Shown in pieces: positions 1-10,914 of a stretch of DNA of 51,214 nt. Where the stretch lies: contig DATJLX010000012.1 in the NCBI GenBank assembly GCA_035509135.1, positions 1 to 51,214 on the forward strand, written 5' to 3'. The stretch's first letter is position 1, and every line of letters begins with the position of its first letter. The position numbers and the translations under genes are program-made. The notes under the pieces are model-generated. The model ran no database searches. It worked only from the letters and a program-made list of their open reading frames with translations, and was not told the DNA's origin. The stretch is from Methylocella sp. Lineage in GTDB: Bacteria > Pseudomonadota > Alphaproteobacteria > Rhizobiales > Beijerinckiaceae.

Positions 1-174
1 CTTAGGGCAGCGAATTCAGCCTGCAATGGGCTGAATTTGTCCCATCTATAAGCTTAACTGTGAAGTGCTATTGTGTAGCCAGCTTCATTCAAAGCGCTCA
101 TGTTTGTTCGACAATCTCTTTCTGGTCACAATTACAATATAGCTGCCCAATATCGTTCACAGAAAAGGGTAGCT

Positions 175-558
175 ATGTTGAGAGTAACAAGTTCTATAAC
201 CATTATTTTCTCGCTTATGTCACTATTCTCCACCGCTTCTTACGCCAGATCGAATGAAGGCTCTTTGCTCAAAGCTTCATTCTATTCGTCAGGTCAGCGG
301 ACGGCATCTGGGGAGCGCTTCGATCAACATGGGTTTACTGCGGCCAGCAGAACGCTTCCATTTGGCACGCGGCTTTATTTGACCAATCCTGCCACGGGTC
401 GCTCAGTGATCGTGCGCATTAACGATCGAGGTCCCTTCGTCCGGGGTCGCGATCTCGACCTCACTCGGGGCGCGGCGGCGGCGATCGGCATGATCGAACA
501 GGGAACCGTCACTCTTAAGGTTGTTCGCCTGAGCAACGCCGCTTCTCTCGCTCTCTAG
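175..558 (+). CDS. rlpA: RlpA-family septal ring lytic transglycosylase (DPBB domain only, N-terminal signal peptide)
   Basis: ASFY..TASGERF...TAASRTLPFGT...VRINDRGPF..GR.LDL motifs. ATG at 175 precedes a hydrophobic signal stretch. Confidence 0.85.
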   Translation: MLRVTSSITIIFSLMSLFSTASYARSNEGSLLKASFYSSGQRTASGERFDQHGFTAASRTLPFGTRLYLTNPATGRSVIVRINDRGPFVRGRDLDLTRGAAAAIGMIEQGTVTLKVVRLSNAASLAL

Positions 559-636
559 TATTGGATCGGCCGGCAATCGGTCTCCGCTTTTTCTCACTCA
601 ATGGAGGGCTATTCGGCGTTGGCGCGCCGGGGCGGC

Positions 637-740
637 AAGCGGTTTCGGTTTGCGTTAGCAACCCGAAACCGCTTTCATCTAGGAGCGAGTGCGGTTTCTT
701 GACGCGACCCGCTACCTGTTTAGCCTGAAAAATGCTCTCA
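637..740. repeat. Degenerate palindromic intergenic repeat; hairpin may act as a bidirectional terminator between convergent rlpA and ntrC
   Basis: Perfect 12-bp stem AAGCGGTTTCGG (637-648) / CCGAAACCGCTT (663-674). The right end reads AGAGCATTTTTCAGG on the minus strand, like the other AGAGCAT-ended repeats in the window. Confidence 0.6.
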
Positions 741-743
741 TGA

Positions 744-2225
744 TCACCGCGACGAGCGCATCCACCGAATATCCAGATCGCGGACTTTCTTGCGCAATGT
801 ATTGCGGTTCAGCCCCAAAAGTTCGGCGGCCTTGATCTGATTGCCGCGCGTGGCGGCGAGCGCCGCGGCAATCACCGGATACTCGATTTCCCGTAAGATC
901 CGGTGATAGAGCCCGGGGGGCGGCAGGTTTGCGCCGTGGGCGTGGAAAAGCTCGGAGAGATGGCGCTCCATCGCGCCCGCCAGCGTCTGGCGCCGTTCGG
1001 TCTCCGCCGGCCGCGCGTTCCCCGAGACGGGCGGGTTGGCATAAGCCGGCATAAGCTCCGGGGCATCGACATTGAGCTCCATATCTACCAATTGCGCCGT
1101 GATGGCTTCTTGCGGATAGAGCGCGGCGAGCCGGCGGGTTAGATTTTCGAGTTCCCTGATATTGCCGGGCCAGCGATAACGTTTGAGGTGCTCCAAGGCT
1201 TCTGGCTCGATCCGTTTCAACGGCAAGCCCTCGGCGGCGGCGAGCACGAAGAAATGCTGGGCGAGATCGCCGATATCCTCGAGGCGTTCGCGCAATGGCG
1301 GCAGCCGCAAGGGCACGACATTCAGCCTGAAAAACAGATCCTCGCGGAAAAGGCCTTGGCGGATCTGGCCGCCCAAATCCTTATTGGTCGCGGCGATGAT
1401 GCGGACATTTGTCTTGATCGGCGTGCGACCGCCGACCGTGGTATATTCGCCTTGTTGAAGCACCCGCAAAAGCCGTGTCTGCGCCTCCATCGGCATGTCG
1501 CCGATTTCATCGAGGAAAAGGGTGCCTCCCTCGGCCTGCTCGAAGCGCCCGGCGGAGCGCTGATTGGCGCCTGTGAAGGCCCCCCTTTCATGGCCGAACA
1601 ATTCACTCTCGATCAGATCGCGGGGAATGGCCGCCATGTTGATGGCAACGAAGGGGCCTTTCTTACGTTTGCCGTAATCATGCAGGGCGCGGGCAACCAG
1701 CTCCTTGCCCGTGCCGGATTCACCGGTGATCATGACCGTGAGATCGGTTTGCATGAGGCGCGCCAAGGCACGGTAGATTTCTTGCATGGCGGGGGAGCGA
1801 CCGACGAGGGGCATTCCGTCCAAATCCGCATGCGGCTCGGCGCGAATACGATTTTTCGGCTCGCTCATGGCGCGCCCAACGATCGAGACCAGTTCCCGCA
1901 AGTCGAAGGGTTTCGGCAAATAATCATAGGCGCCGCGCTCGGACGCCTTGATCGCCGTCATGAAGGTATTTTGCGCGCTCATGACGATGATCGGCAGATC
2001 GGGCCGCAATTTCTTCATCTTCGGCAGCAGCTCGAAGGCATTTTCATCCGGCATGACAACATCGGTGATGACGAGATCGCCCTCACCCGACTGCACCCAC
2101 CGCCACAAGGTCGCCGCATTGCCTGTCGTTCGCACATCATAACCCGCGCGCGACAAAGCCTGACTGAGGACAGTTCGGATGGCGGTATCATCATCAGCAA
2201 TGAGGATATTGCCCGTGGCCATCAA
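744..2225 (-). CDS. ntrC: Nitrogen regulation response regulator NtrC (sigma54 activator)
   Basis: Receiver domain, GESGTGKE Walker A, GAFTGA, FLDEIGD, C-terminal Fis-type HTH ([20 protein letters not shown]); downstream of ntrB. Confidence 0.97.
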   Translation of the reverse strand: MMATGNILIADDDTAIRTVLSQALSRAGYDVRTTGNAATLWRWVQSGEGDLVITDVVMPDENAFELLPKMKKLRPDLPIIVMSAQNTFMTAIKASERGAYDYLPKPFDLRELVSIVGRAMSEPKNRIRAEPHADLDGMPLVGRSPAMQEIYRALARLMQTDLTVMITGESGTGKELVARALHDYGKRKKGPFVAINMAAIPRDLIESELFGHERGAFTGANQRSAGRFEQAEGGTLFLDEIGDMPMEAQTRLLRVLQQGEYTTVGGRTPIKTNVRIIAATNKDLGGQIRQGLFREDLFFRLNVVPLRLPPLRERLEDIGDLAQHFFVLAAAEGLPLKRIEPEALEHLKRYRWPGNIRELENLTRRLAALYPQEAITAQLVDMELNVDAPELMPAYANPPVSGNARPAETERRQTLAGAMERHLSELFHAHGANLPPPGLYHRILREIEYPVIAAALAATRGNQIKAAELLGLNRNTLRKKVRDLDIRWMRSSR

Positions 2226-2329
2226 TCTTGCACCTTCCTGCCGGCGATCCGTTCCGCAACCGCCGAATATTAAAGTCTGGCGCGGTTTACCCCGCTCCAG
2301 CGTCAGTTAGCGGTTGTGGAAACCGGACT

Positions 2330-3484
2330 TTAACCTTGGCCGCGCGTCGTGCCCTGGCTATCACGTGGAACATAGATGGGCATAAGAACCCGGAACGTCG
2401 TGCGGCGGGGAGAGGATTCGCATTCTATGGTACCCCCATGATCGCCAACAATCTTAGCAACTAAAGCAAGCCCCAGGCCACTCCCTGTCGCCTTTGTCGT
2501 GACAAAGGGATCGTACAAATAAGGCAGCAGGTCTGGCGCGACGCCTGAGCCATTGTCACGCACGCAAAATTCGAGCGGCAGACTGACCGGCGACTTCACA
2601 CCCGGAATTTGCAAGCGAACGCCAGGCCGGAACGCGGTCGTCAGCTCTATGTCGCCGTCACTGCGCGCTTCACCGATCGCTTCGGCGGCGTTCTTGACCA
2701 GATTGAGGAAGATCTGAATGAGCTGATCCTTGTTGCCAAACACCATGGGGAGCGAGGGATCATATTTTTCATGGAAGCGGATATGGCGAGCGAAGCCGGC
2801 CTGCGACACTTTCTTGACGTGGTCGAGCACGGCATGAATATTGATTTTTTCACGGGAAACGGGCCGCTGATCGGAAAATGCGCTCATCCGGTCAACAAGT
2901 TTGACGATCCGGTCGGTTTCCTCGCAAATCAGCCTGGTCAGTGCGCGATCGCCATCGGTTGCCTCGGCTTCAAGAAGCTGCGCCGCCCCGCGAATCCCCG
3001 ACAGCGGGTTCTTGACCTCATGGGCGAGAACGGATGCCATCGCGGCCACTGACCGTCCGGCACCGCGATAGGTCAGCTGGCGATCGATCTTTTCGGAGAG
3101 GGAGCGTTCCTGCAGCATGATCACGACGCCGGCGTCCGGTTCCTGAAGTGGCGTCACGAAGATGTCAACCAGCCGTTCGTCGCGCGGTTTCGCCAAGCTC
3201 AATTCGACCCGGTATTCATTAATTGTCGCACCCTGTGATCGAACTTGTTCGACGAGAGACAGGAGCGGTGATCCCACGGCGAGAAGATTGGCAAGCCTTT
3301 GCTGCCAAAGCGAAGCCCGGCTCATGCCAAAAAATGCTTCGGCTGCTGGGTTGGCACTTGCTATGGAACCATCCGGGAGGACGGCGACAACCGGATGCGG
3401 AAGCGCGTTCAAGAGCTTGGCCGCATCAGTGCCAGGATTGGAGGCGGCCATCCTCGTCGCGTGGGAAGCAGAAGACGCGCTCAT
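2330..3484 (-). CDS. ntrB: Nitrogen regulation histidine kinase NtrB
   Basis: PAS domain, [10 protein letters not shown]-box, NLVKNA, DNG, GSGLGL. The ATG at 3484 overlaps the dusB stop (ATGA). Confidence 0.95.
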   Translation of the reverse strand: MSASSASHATRMAASNPGTDAAKLLNALPHPVVAVLPDGSIASANPAAEAFFGMSRASLWQQRLANLLAVGSPLLSLVEQVRSQGATINEYRVELSLAKPRDERLVDIFVTPLQEPDAGVVIMLQERSLSEKIDRQLTYRGAGRSVAAMASVLAHEVKNPLSGIRGAAQLLEAEATDGDRALTRLICEETDRIVKLVDRMSAFSDQRPVSREKINIHAVLDHVKKVSQAGFARHIRFHEKYDPSLPMVFGNKDQLIQIFLNLVKNAAEAIGEARSDGDIELTTAFRPGVRLQIPGVKSPVSLPLEFCVRDNGSGVAPDLLPYLYDPFVTTKATGSGLGLALVAKIVGDHGGTIECESSPRRTTFRVLMPIYVPRDSQGTTRGQG

Positions 3485-4515
3485 GCCGCCTCCGTCAACA
3501 AGGGAGCATCGAACAATTGGCAAAGGGCGGATCGGATCGCGGCCGGGCACTCAAGCCTGACCAGGCGCTGGCGCCGGGCCACCCCGTCAAGCACCCCCGC
3601 CTGTTCGGCGTAAGCGGCGAGGTGCTTGCGGGCATGGCGCAAGCCCTGCCCGGGACCGAATATTTCGAGCAAAGTCTCGAAATGTTCGAGCGCCGCGCTT
3701 TTGCGCGCGGCCATCGGCGCTTCGGTCCGTGCCCTGCCAAACGCCAGATAATGGGCGACGTCGCCAACGAACCAGGGCCGCCCGATCGCGGAACGGCCGA
3801 TCATCACGGCATCCGCGCCGGATTGCGCCAGCATCGAAGCCGCATCCGCGAGGCTCGCGCAATCGCCATTCGCCACCACCGGGATCGAAACCGCTTGCTT
3901 GACCCTGCCAATCGCGCTCCAATCCGCCCGCTCCGTATAGAACTGGCAACGGGTGCGGCCATGGACCGTGAGCATGGCGATCCCCTCGGCTTCCGCAAGC
4001 CGGCCGAGTTCCGGAGCATTAACCGAGCGTTCATCCCAGCCAAGCCGCATTTTCAGCGTGACCGGGATGCGGACAGCCGCGATCGTGGTGCGAATGAGCG
4101 AGATCGCCAAGCCCATGTCCCGCATCAAATAGGATCCCGCATAGCCATTGGTGACCTTTTTCGCCGGGCAGCCCATATTGATGTCGATCATCGTGGCGCC
4201 AGAATCCTCGGCAAGGCGCGCCGCTTCCGCCAAAAGATAAGGGTCTCGGCCCGCAATCTGCACTACATGCGGGCCCTTGCCCGTCCCTTCGGCTTTCAAG
4301 CGATTCGCGGCGTCACCGCGGGTATAATGAGCCGCGGCAACCATTTCGCTCACCGTCAGAGAGGCGCCAAATTGATAGGCCAGCCGACGCATCGCAGGAT
4401 CGGTCACGCCCGCCATTGGCGCCAGAAAAGCCCGGCCCGGAAGCTTAACGCCGCCAATATCGAGGGCGCCGCAGGAACGAGTGCCTAAATTCATAGCAGG
4501 GTCAATCATGCCCAC
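3481..4515 (-). CDS. dusB: tRNA-dihydrouridine synthase DusB (NifR3); start uncertain
   Basis: [30 protein letters not shown] motifs; canonical dusB-ntrB-ntrC order. Confidence 0.95.
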   Translation of the reverse strand: MGMIDPAMNLGTRSCGALDIGGVKLPGRAFLAPMAGVTDPAMRRLAYQFGASLTVSEMVAAAHYTRGDAANRLKAEGTGKGPHVVQIAGRDPYLLAEAARLAEDSGATMIDINMGCPAKKVTNGYAGSYLMRDMGLAISLIRTTIAAVRIPVTLKMRLGWDERSVNAPELGRLAEAEGIAMLTVHGRTRCQFYTERADWSAIGRVKQAVSIPVVANGDCASLADAASMLAQSGADAVMIGRSAIGRPWFVGDVAHYLAFGRARTEAPMAARKSAALEHFETLLEIFGPGQGLRHARKHLAAYAEQAGVLDGVARRQRLVRLECPAAIRSALCQLFDAPLLTEAA

Positions 4516-4525
4516 ATTATAGTCA
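4482..4525. promoter_or_regulatory. Putative tandem NtrC-binding sites at the 5' end of dusB-ntrBC
   Basis: TGCCTAAATTCATAGCA (4482-4498) and TGCCCACATTATAGTCA (4509-4525) resemble the 17-bp TGC-N11-GCA NtrC site with AT-rich cores. Confidence 0.5.
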
Positions 4526-4652
4526 TCTGATGCAATGCGGCAACGAGGAATTTGCTCATTTGAACGTCAGAATCGGATTGAATTGACGTCATTGACAAAA
4601 CCAAGGAGGAAGAGCCCCTTCCTCTTCCAAAGAACGGCCAATCCGGGACTTC

Positions 4653-5846
4653 ATGAAAGCAACATTGGAATTGGCGATCGTCGTCGTCGCAGCTGGGCGC
4701 GGGTCGCGCGCCGGGAGCGAGATTCCCAAGCAATACAGACAGCTCGCAGGCCGGCCACTGCTTGCGCATACCCTGGAAACCTTGATGAAGGCCGCCCCCT
4801 CCGCCACTGTTCTCCCCGTTATTCACAGTGACGACCGCGAACTTTATCGATCCAGCTCGGCCCCGTTTGGGGGGAATCCGCATCTTTCCGAGGCCGTTTT
4901 TGGCGGAGCCACCCGGCAAGCCAGTGTCTGGCTGGGACTGGAAGCGCTTGCCGGACAGCAGTCCAACCCAGACATCGTTCTCATTCATGATGCTGCACGA
5001 TTATTTGTCAGTGATGCATTGATTGGCCGGGCTGTCGCCGCTGGAACCACCCATGGGGCCGCAATTCCCGGCGTGCCTCTTTTTGATACGATCAAGGAGA
5101 TCGATGCGTTTGACTTTGTTGCCGCGACCCCGCCGCGGCCGCGGCTGCGAGCGGTGCAGACCCCGCAGGCTTTCCATTTCGATCTGATTTTGGCTGCCCA
5201 TCGCAATGCCGCCGCCAAGGGAGTTTCGGAACTAACCGACGATGCCGCCGTCGCCGAATGGGCCGGCCATCGCGTCCATGTCTTCGCCGGAGAGGAGTCC
5301 AATATGAAGATCACGACCCCCGAGGATCTCCTTGCCGCCGAGGCGAGGCTGCTCCGCGATCTGGTTGATATAAGGACCGGGCAAGGGTACGATGTGCATG
5401 CGTTCGGGCCGGGCGACCATGTCTGGCTCGGTGGCTTGAAAATAGCCCATGACCATAGCCTTGTCGGCCATTCTGACGCCGATGTTTTGATTCATGCGAT
5501 CACCGACGCCTTGCTTGGCGCCTTGGCGGATGGCGATATCGGCAGCCATTTCCCGCCAAGCGATCCGCAATGGCGGGGCGCCGCTTCCAAGATCTTCCTC
5601 GCCGCCGCGGCCGCGAAGGTGCGGGCGCGGAGAGGCGCCATTTCCCATATCGACGCGACCGTCGTCTGCGAAAAACCAAAACTGGGGCCGCATCGCGACG
5701 CGATCCGCGCCAGCATCGCAACGATCGTCAAAATTCCGCTTGATCGCGTGGCGGTGAAAGCAACGACTTCCGAGGGTCTGGGGTTTACCGGGCGCGGTGA
5801 AGGCATCGCTGCGCTCGCCACCGCCACCATTCGTCTTCCACTCTAA
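4653..5846 (+). CDS. ispDF: Bifunctional IspD/IspF (MEP pathway)
   Basis: [30 protein letters not shown] (IspD) followed by GYDVH, GHSDADV.IHA, DIGSHFP, KATTSE (IspF). Confidence 0.97.
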   Translation: MKATLELAIVVVAAGRGSRAGSEIPKQYRQLAGRPLLAHTLETLMKAAPSATVLPVIHSDDRELYRSSSAPFGGNPHLSEAVFGGATRQASVWLGLEALAGQQSNPDIVLIHDAARLFVSDALIGRAVAAGTTHGAAIPGVPLFDTIKEIDAFDFVAATPPRPRLRAVQTPQAFHFDLILAAHRNAAAKGVSELTDDAAVAEWAGHRVHVFAGEESNMKITTPEDLLAAEARLLRDLVDIRTGQGYDVHAFGPGDHVWLGGLKIAHDHSLVGHSDADVLIHAITDALLGALADGDIGSHFPPSDPQWRGAASKIFLAAAAAKVRARRGAISHIDATVVCEKPKLGPHRDAIRASIATIVKIPLDRVAVKATTSEGLGFTGRGEGIAALATATIRLPL

Positions 5847-5904
5847 TATCCTTGCTCGTCGGCGGCACTGCGTAGAAGTAAGGGCCGCCATTGTCGGATC
5901 GATG

Positions 5905-6462
5905 TCATGAATAATATCGCTTAAAATTATGAACAATCGAAAAATGTACTGTTGAATGATAATAGAATGCGCAATTATTTCTGAACATAATGGCTGCGCA
6001 AAAAGCATCATTATGAGTATTCACTCGCGGATCTAGACGCGCCATCGTCTCAATCTCTGCATCGCTGACTGCCGTGGCGCTTTTAAGAAGCGCTCGCGTT
6101 CGAAATACGCTTCCGCCCCCGCAACTGTATCCAAGCAGACAAGCGGATATGTCCATGAATGGTGCAAACGGCAAATATAGGAGCAAAAGCCCCATTTGAA
6201 TTGATTATATGAATTGCGCGTGCTGTTGCAGTCCGCGAGCATGGGATGCGATGCATTGATATATACATCTGGTTCCATTAATATAAAGTACTCTTTTGGA
6301 AAATATTGATTCATGAGCTCAATTCTTTTGAGCCAAGCCCGCCACTTCCAATTTGGCCCTTTTACACTGACATTTTCGGTGGCATGTTCGTAGTGACAGT
6401 TGAACTCCCGCGCTAGATGCGAGAAGTTCTTGCCGTTGTCACTGATGAGAAACACGGGGGCC
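5905..6462 (-). pseudogene. Frameshifted, 5'-truncated GT-A-fold glycosyltransferase-like gene
   Basis: Two overlapping minus-strand frames: APVFLISDNG...YFILMEPDVY (6033-6455) and GYSCGGGSVF...SIVHNFKRYY (5905-6195). Junction at about 6130-6160; AT-rich. Confidence 0.5.
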
Positions 6463-7446
6463 TCAACTTCTGGGCAGATAATCCGTTGAATGCAGCCACA
6501 TTTTATGACGAACGGGACGAACGTAATGCCTCATCACAAAATTGGGTCCCGAAAAACGATCTTCCTCGTCCAACTGGTCCGAAACCTGAAGGGCATATTT
6601 CTCATCCAAAGGTGCGCTACCGGCCAAGAAGTGAGCCAAGTGAGAGGCGGATTGCTCGAGAACTCCCAAATCACCTAGTGTCTGCAATGGACTTAACTGC
6701 GACAAGATTGTGTTGAGCCTGGCGATGGGCACAGACCAATCGAGCCTCTTTCCTTGTATCACAAAACCAGCATTCAGGTGCGGCGCTTCCAGCTCCGCTG
6801 GCGTTAAATAAGAAGGATCCAGGCATCCTGGCAAATCCTTTTGAAAATAAGACTTTCCTCCAAGATTGTTCAAAAGCTCTGTTAAATGGTGAGCTCCCTC
6901 GAAAAATAGGATGTCACTATCAACATAAACTGCAGCACCCTGAACTGGAAGGTTGGACATTAAGGCAAATTTTTTGGCAAAAACTGTGTACTTAGATAGC
7001 CTTTCGTAGCAATCTCTATTTTCTTTACAGAGGAATGTACTCCAATCCAAAACTTCTACGGAGGGATGAATGGAGCGAAGGCTTTCCGCCTGCGAATCAC
7101 TTATCGACCCATCTGACACAATACTCCATTTTGCTGGGGTACCGACATGACAAAGAAACGACAAGATCGAGAGTTTCTGCTCGGCTGTTGCTCCGCCATG
7201 ACACATTGAATAAACATGGACCCAGTCCAGCTTTAGGGCCATATCAGCATAAACATAGTCGGATGGAAGCGCCTCCTCGAATCTGCGGCGAAGCTCCTCG
7301 ATTTTATTTTTGTTCTGAAACCGGTGAATTTTTGCTTTTGTTTCTCCTGCGAGAAAGCTGAACGCTTCTCCTGTTTTCGCACCTCTTTTGACTCCTATGA
7401 CGATGAAAAGGAGATAGCTAACCAATTTTTTGGTTGAAATACCCAT
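6463..7446 (-). CDS. Putative GT-A fold (GT8-like) glycosyltransferase / nucleotide-diphospho-sugar transferase
   Basis: IVSDG, KK, YVDSDILFF (DxD), LNAGF, EQ and HY motifs; AT-rich codon usage. Confidence 0.65.
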   Translation of the reverse strand: MGISTKKLVSYLLFIVIGVKRGAKTGEAFSFLAGETKAKIHRFQNKNKIEELRRRFEEALPSDYVYADMALKLDWVHVYSMCHGGATAEQKLSILSFLCHVGTPAKWSIVSDGSISDSQAESLRSIHPSVEVLDWSTFLCKENRDCYERLSKYTVFAKKFALMSNLPVQGAAVYVDSDILFFEGAHHLTELLNNLGGKSYFQKDLPGCLDPSYLTPAELEAPHLNAGFVIQGKRLDWSVPIARLNTILSQLSPLQTLGDLGVLEQSASHLAHFLAGSAPLDEKYALQVSDQLDEEDRFSGPNFVMRHYVRPVRHKMWLHSTDYLPRS

Positions 7447-7772
7447 GAATTGGACTCCCCATTGAAAAAGTTCTCCTCACTCAATATACCGTTAGGTTAA
7501 GCTTATATTGTTGCAAAGAAGTGGCCGGCGGTTTGAGATTCGAAGAAGATCTCTTGTTTTTTTGATCTAGCCAATTACGCGGACTCTACGCCGGTTTGTC
7601 ACCTCTGCAGGACCCCTCCATAGACATACGGTATAGCCGGGTGCCCGCGCGGCGTCCTTCCTAACCACGCGGGTCCGTTCGATCCTCAGCAGGCCAGGCT
7701 ACTTCGACTCAGTAGAACGTTTGTCAAAGCTGTCCGTTGAACCATCTCCGTCCGAAGCTTAAATCGAAAATT

Positions 7773-9884
7773 ATGTCACGCGCGCAAAAAAGCCGATCAA
7801 GTCAAAACCAAACAGCAACGAATGCCCCCGGCATCGCAGCGGAGCAAGCGGCATCCCTGGCTGCTGAAGTGGACGAGTCGGACGCTGACACCAGTCTTGA
7901 TCTGGCTTTCGGCGAGCAGGATGCTCCCGCCGTACCAATCCGCCATGGCGCCGAGGTGATCCGCCGCTTCTGGGAACACGCGCCGGCGGGGCCTGGCGTC
8001 TACCGGATGATTGGCGCCCATCATGATGTTCTTTACGTTGGCAAGGCCAAAAGTGTCCGTAAGCGGATCGCAAGCTATATGCGGCCGACAGGCCTCACCC
8101 CCCGCATCACGCGGATGATCGCCCTGACCGCCTCGATGGTCTTCGTCTCAACCGCAACCGAGACGGAGGCGCTTCTTCTCGAGACAAATCTCATTAAGCA
8201 ATTGAAGCCGCGTTTCAATGTCTTGATGCGCGACGATAAGTCGTTTCCCTATATTCTGCTTGCTGGCGATCATGCCGCTCCGCAGATCACCAAGCATCGC
8301 GGCGCCCGCAACCGGAAGGGAGATTATTTCGGCCCATTCGCGAGCGTCTGGGCGGTCAATCGCACCTTGAATGCCCTGCAACGTGCTTTTTTGCTGCGGT
8401 CCTGCTCGGACAGCTTCTACGCTAATCGCTCGCGTCCCTGCTTGCTCTATCAGATCAAGCGCTGCTCGGCGCCTTGCACTGGAGAGATCGGCGAGGCGGA
8501 GTATCAGGAACTCGTGCGCCAGGCGCGCGATTTTCTTTCAAGCAAAAGCCAGGCTGTCCGAGAGAGTCTCGCGCGGGAGATGACGGAAGCGGCGGATCTG
8601 CTCGATTTCGAGCATGCCGCCCGGCTGCGCGACCGCATCGCCGCCCTCTCCGCCATCCAGGGCGCTCAGGGGATCAATCCGAAAACCGTCGAAGAGGCGG
8701 ATGTTTTCGCCATCGCCGAAGAGGCGGGACAGTTTTGTGTCGAAGTCTTTTTCTTCAGGACCTATCAGAACTGGGGCAATCGCGCCTATTTTCCGCGCGC
8801 CGACAAGAGCCTCGCGCTGGAAGAGGTTCTCGATTCCTTTGTGGCGCAGTTTTACGCGGATAAGCCGCCTTGTCGCCTCATTCTGCTTTCGCACGAGATC
8901 GAGAATCACTTGGTCCTCGAAGAGGCCTTGCGGGTTAGCGCCCGCCACAAAATCGAAATCGCCGTGCCGCAAAAAGGAGAAAAATGGGATCTCGTCGCAC
9001 AGGCGGAGCAAAATGCCCGGGCGGCCTTGGGACGCAAATTATCGGAGACCGCCTCGCAAAGCCATCTCCTCGCGACGCTCGGCCATGCTTTCAGCCTCCC
9101 CTGCGCGCCGCGCCGTATCGAGGTCTATGACAATTCCCATATCATGGGAATGAATGCGGTCGGCGCGATGATCGTGGTGGGCGCCGACGGCTTCATGAAA
9201 ACGCATTATCGCACGTTTAATATAAAAAATCCTGAGCTGGCACCGGGCGACGACAATGCGATGATGCGCGAAGTCCTGCGGCGGCGCTTCGCCCGGCTTA
9301 TAAAGGAAGACGCAGCCGCGCCGGGCACTGGTTCGGGCGCAGGCCCACCGGGCCAAGTGTTAGAGGGCCATGCGGCAGTCAACGAGGCGATGAACAATGA
9401 AGCTGCCGGCGATGAGACAAGCCTTCCAGACCGACCCGACCTTATCCTCATTGATGGAGGCAAAGGCCAGTTCAACGCCGCGCGAGAGATTTTGACCGAG
9501 CTTGGCATCACCGGGGTTGCCGTCGCCGCGATCGCCAAAGGGCCTGATCGCAACGCCGGACGGGAGAGTTTTTTTGTCGAAGGCAAGGAGCCGTTCAAGC
9601 TGTCCCCCCGCGATCCAGCGCTGTATTTCGTGCAACGGTTGCGCGACGAGGCCCATCGCTTCGCGATAGGGACCCACCGGGCGCGCCGCAAAAAGGCGTT
9701 CACCAAAAGCCCTCTCGACGACATCCCAGGGATCGGCCCAGCGCGGAAGCGCGCCTTGCTCCACGCTTTCGGCACGGCCAAGGCGATTTCCCGCGCGGCT
9801 TTGTCGGATTTCGAGAAAGTCCCCGGTATAAATGCCGCGACCGCCCGGCTTGTCTATGATTTTTTTCACGAAGGTGGCAGGTAA
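7773..9884 (+). CDS. uvrC: Excinuclease ABC subunit C
   Basis: GVYRM..LYVGKAK GIY-YIG domain, UVR domain, [24 protein letters not shown]-terminal HhH. Confidence 0.97.
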   Translation: MSRAQKSRSSQNQTATNAPGIAAEQAASLAAEVDESDADTSLDLAFGEQDAPAVPIRHGAEVIRRFWEHAPAGPGVYRMIGAHHDVLYVGKAKSVRKRIASYMRPTGLTPRITRMIALTASMVFVSTATETEALLLETNLIKQLKPRFNVLMRDDKSFPYILLAGDHAAPQITKHRGARNRKGDYFGPFASVWAVNRTLNALQRAFLLRSCSDSFYANRSRPCLLYQIKRCSAPCTGEIGEAEYQELVRQARDFLSSKSQAVRESLAREMTEAADLLDFEHAARLRDRIAALSAIQGAQGINPKTVEEADVFAIAEEAGQFCVEVFFFRTYQNWGNRAYFPRADKSLALEEVLDSFVAQFYADKPPCRLILLSHEIENHLVLEEALRVSARHKIEIAVPQKGEKWDLVAQAEQNARAALGRKLSETASQSHLLATLGHAFSLPCAPRRIEVYDNSHIMGMNAVGAMIVVGADGFMKTHYRTFNIKNPELAPGDDNAMMREVLRRRFARLIKEDAAAPGTGSGAGPPGQVLEGHAAVNEAMNNEAAGDETSLPDRPDLILIDGGKGQFNAAREILTELGITGVAVAAIAKGPDRNAGRESFFVEGKEPFKLSPRDPALYFVQRLRDEAHRFAIGTHRARRKKAFTKSPLDDIPGIGPARKRALLHAFGTAKAISRAALSDFEKVPGINAATARLVYDFFHEGGR

Positions 9885-9978
9885 TAGGTGTCTTGTGCGT
9901 TCTCGGCTCCGAAAGTATGACAGAATGGAATGCCGTGCTGAGAATTGATGCAGCCTCCAAGAGAATGGTTCCTGGGCC

Positions 9979-10575
9979 ATGGCAATCACAACAGTAGCGA
10001 GAGGGCCGGACTTGACCTGGAGCGTGCCTAACCTCCTGACCTACGGGCGGGTGGCGGCGGTGCCGGTCGTGGCCGGCTGCCTATTCTGGCCCGAGCTGGC
10101 CTTCATGCGTTGGGTGGCGCTCGGTATTTTTATTGCGGCCGGAATCACCGACTTTCTCGACGGCTATCTGGCCCGGGCGTTGTCGCAGCAATCGCGGATC
10201 GGCCAGATGCTCGACCCGATCGCCGACAAGCTGCTTGTTTCCGCCGTCCTGATGATGCTCGCCGCCGATCATACGATCGCCAGCTATTCTCTATCCGCCG
10301 CGATCATCATTCTTTGCCGGGAAATTCTGGTTTCGGGGCTGCGCGAATACTTGGCCGAGCTCAAGGTCTCGATTCCGGTGAGTAAGGTCGCCAAATGGAA
10401 AACCACTCTGCAGCTCGTCGCACTCGGCTTTCTCATCGCAGGACCATCCGGCGACGCCATTGTTTCCGGCATCACAACGACCGGCTTGGTCCTGTTGTGG
10501 ATTTCCGCGCTTCTCACGCTCTATACGGGCTGGGATTATTTTAGAGCCGGTATGAAGGAGCTTGTCGAGGAGTGA
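9979..10575 (+). CDS. pgsA: CDP-diacylglycerol--glycerol-3-phosphate 3-phosphatidyltransferase
   Basis: PNLLT, DFLDGYLAR...G..LDPIADK motif; follows uvrC. Confidence 0.95.
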   Translation: MAITTVARGPDLTWSVPNLLTYGRVAAVPVVAGCLFWPELAFMRWVALGIFIAAGITDFLDGYLARALSQQSRIGQMLDPIADKLLVSAVLMMLAADHTIASYSLSAAIIILCREILVSGLREYLAELKVSIPVSKVAKWKTTLQLVALGFLIAGPSGDAIVSGITTTGLVLLWISALLTLYTGWDYFRAGMKELVEE

Positions 10576-10601
10576 CCGCACGGCTCGAAAAGATAACAAC
10601 A

Positions 10602-10853
10602 ATGAAAGCCCTTTATTTCTCTTGGGTCCGCGAACGCATCGGCAAGACCGAGGAGGAGATCTCGCCTCCGGAAAACGTCCAAACCGTTGCCGAACTGATG
10701 GGCTGGCTGAGCGGCAAGGGCGAAAATTATGCGGCCGCCTTCGCGCATATCAAGACGATGCGCGCGGCGCTCGACCGCACTCATGTCAAGCATGACGCCT
10801 TGATCCGGAACGCGCGCGAAATTGCTTTTTTTCCGCCGATGACCGGGGGGTAG
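10602..10853 (+). CDS. moaD: Molybdopterin synthase sulfur carrier subunit
   Basis: YFSWVRERIG...EIAFFPPMTGG with C-terminal GG. Confidence 0.95.
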   Translation: MKALYFSWVRERIGKTEEEISPPENVQTVAELMGWLSGKGENYAAAFAHIKTMRAALDRTHVKHDALIRNAREIAFFPPMTGG

Positions 10854-10899
10854 CGCATGATCCCAAAAAGTTGCAGACTTTTTGGATAGATCATAAGCA
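10851..10899. repeat. Palindromic miniature repeat starting at the moaD TAG
   Basis: TAGCGC-ATGATC-CCAAAAAGT-TGCAG-ACTTTTTGG-ATA-GATCAT inverted repeat. Confidence 0.75.
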
Positions 10900-10914
10900 A
10901 AGAGACAAAAGACC

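Noticed and set aside
2260-2330. Imperfect hairpin between ntrB and ntrC
   Set aside because: Pairing is weak and irregular; I cannot assign it as a terminator, repeat or sRNA.
1188-4488. Long plus-strand ORFs 1188-2273 and 3223-4488
   Set aside because: Antisense shadows of ntrC and dusB/ntrB caused by GC-rich codon bias; no motifs.
7560-7735. GTTCGATCC T-loop-like motif upstream of uvrC, and a possible LexA box
   Set aside because: No cloverleaf can be built and there is no GTTC-N7-GTTC match.
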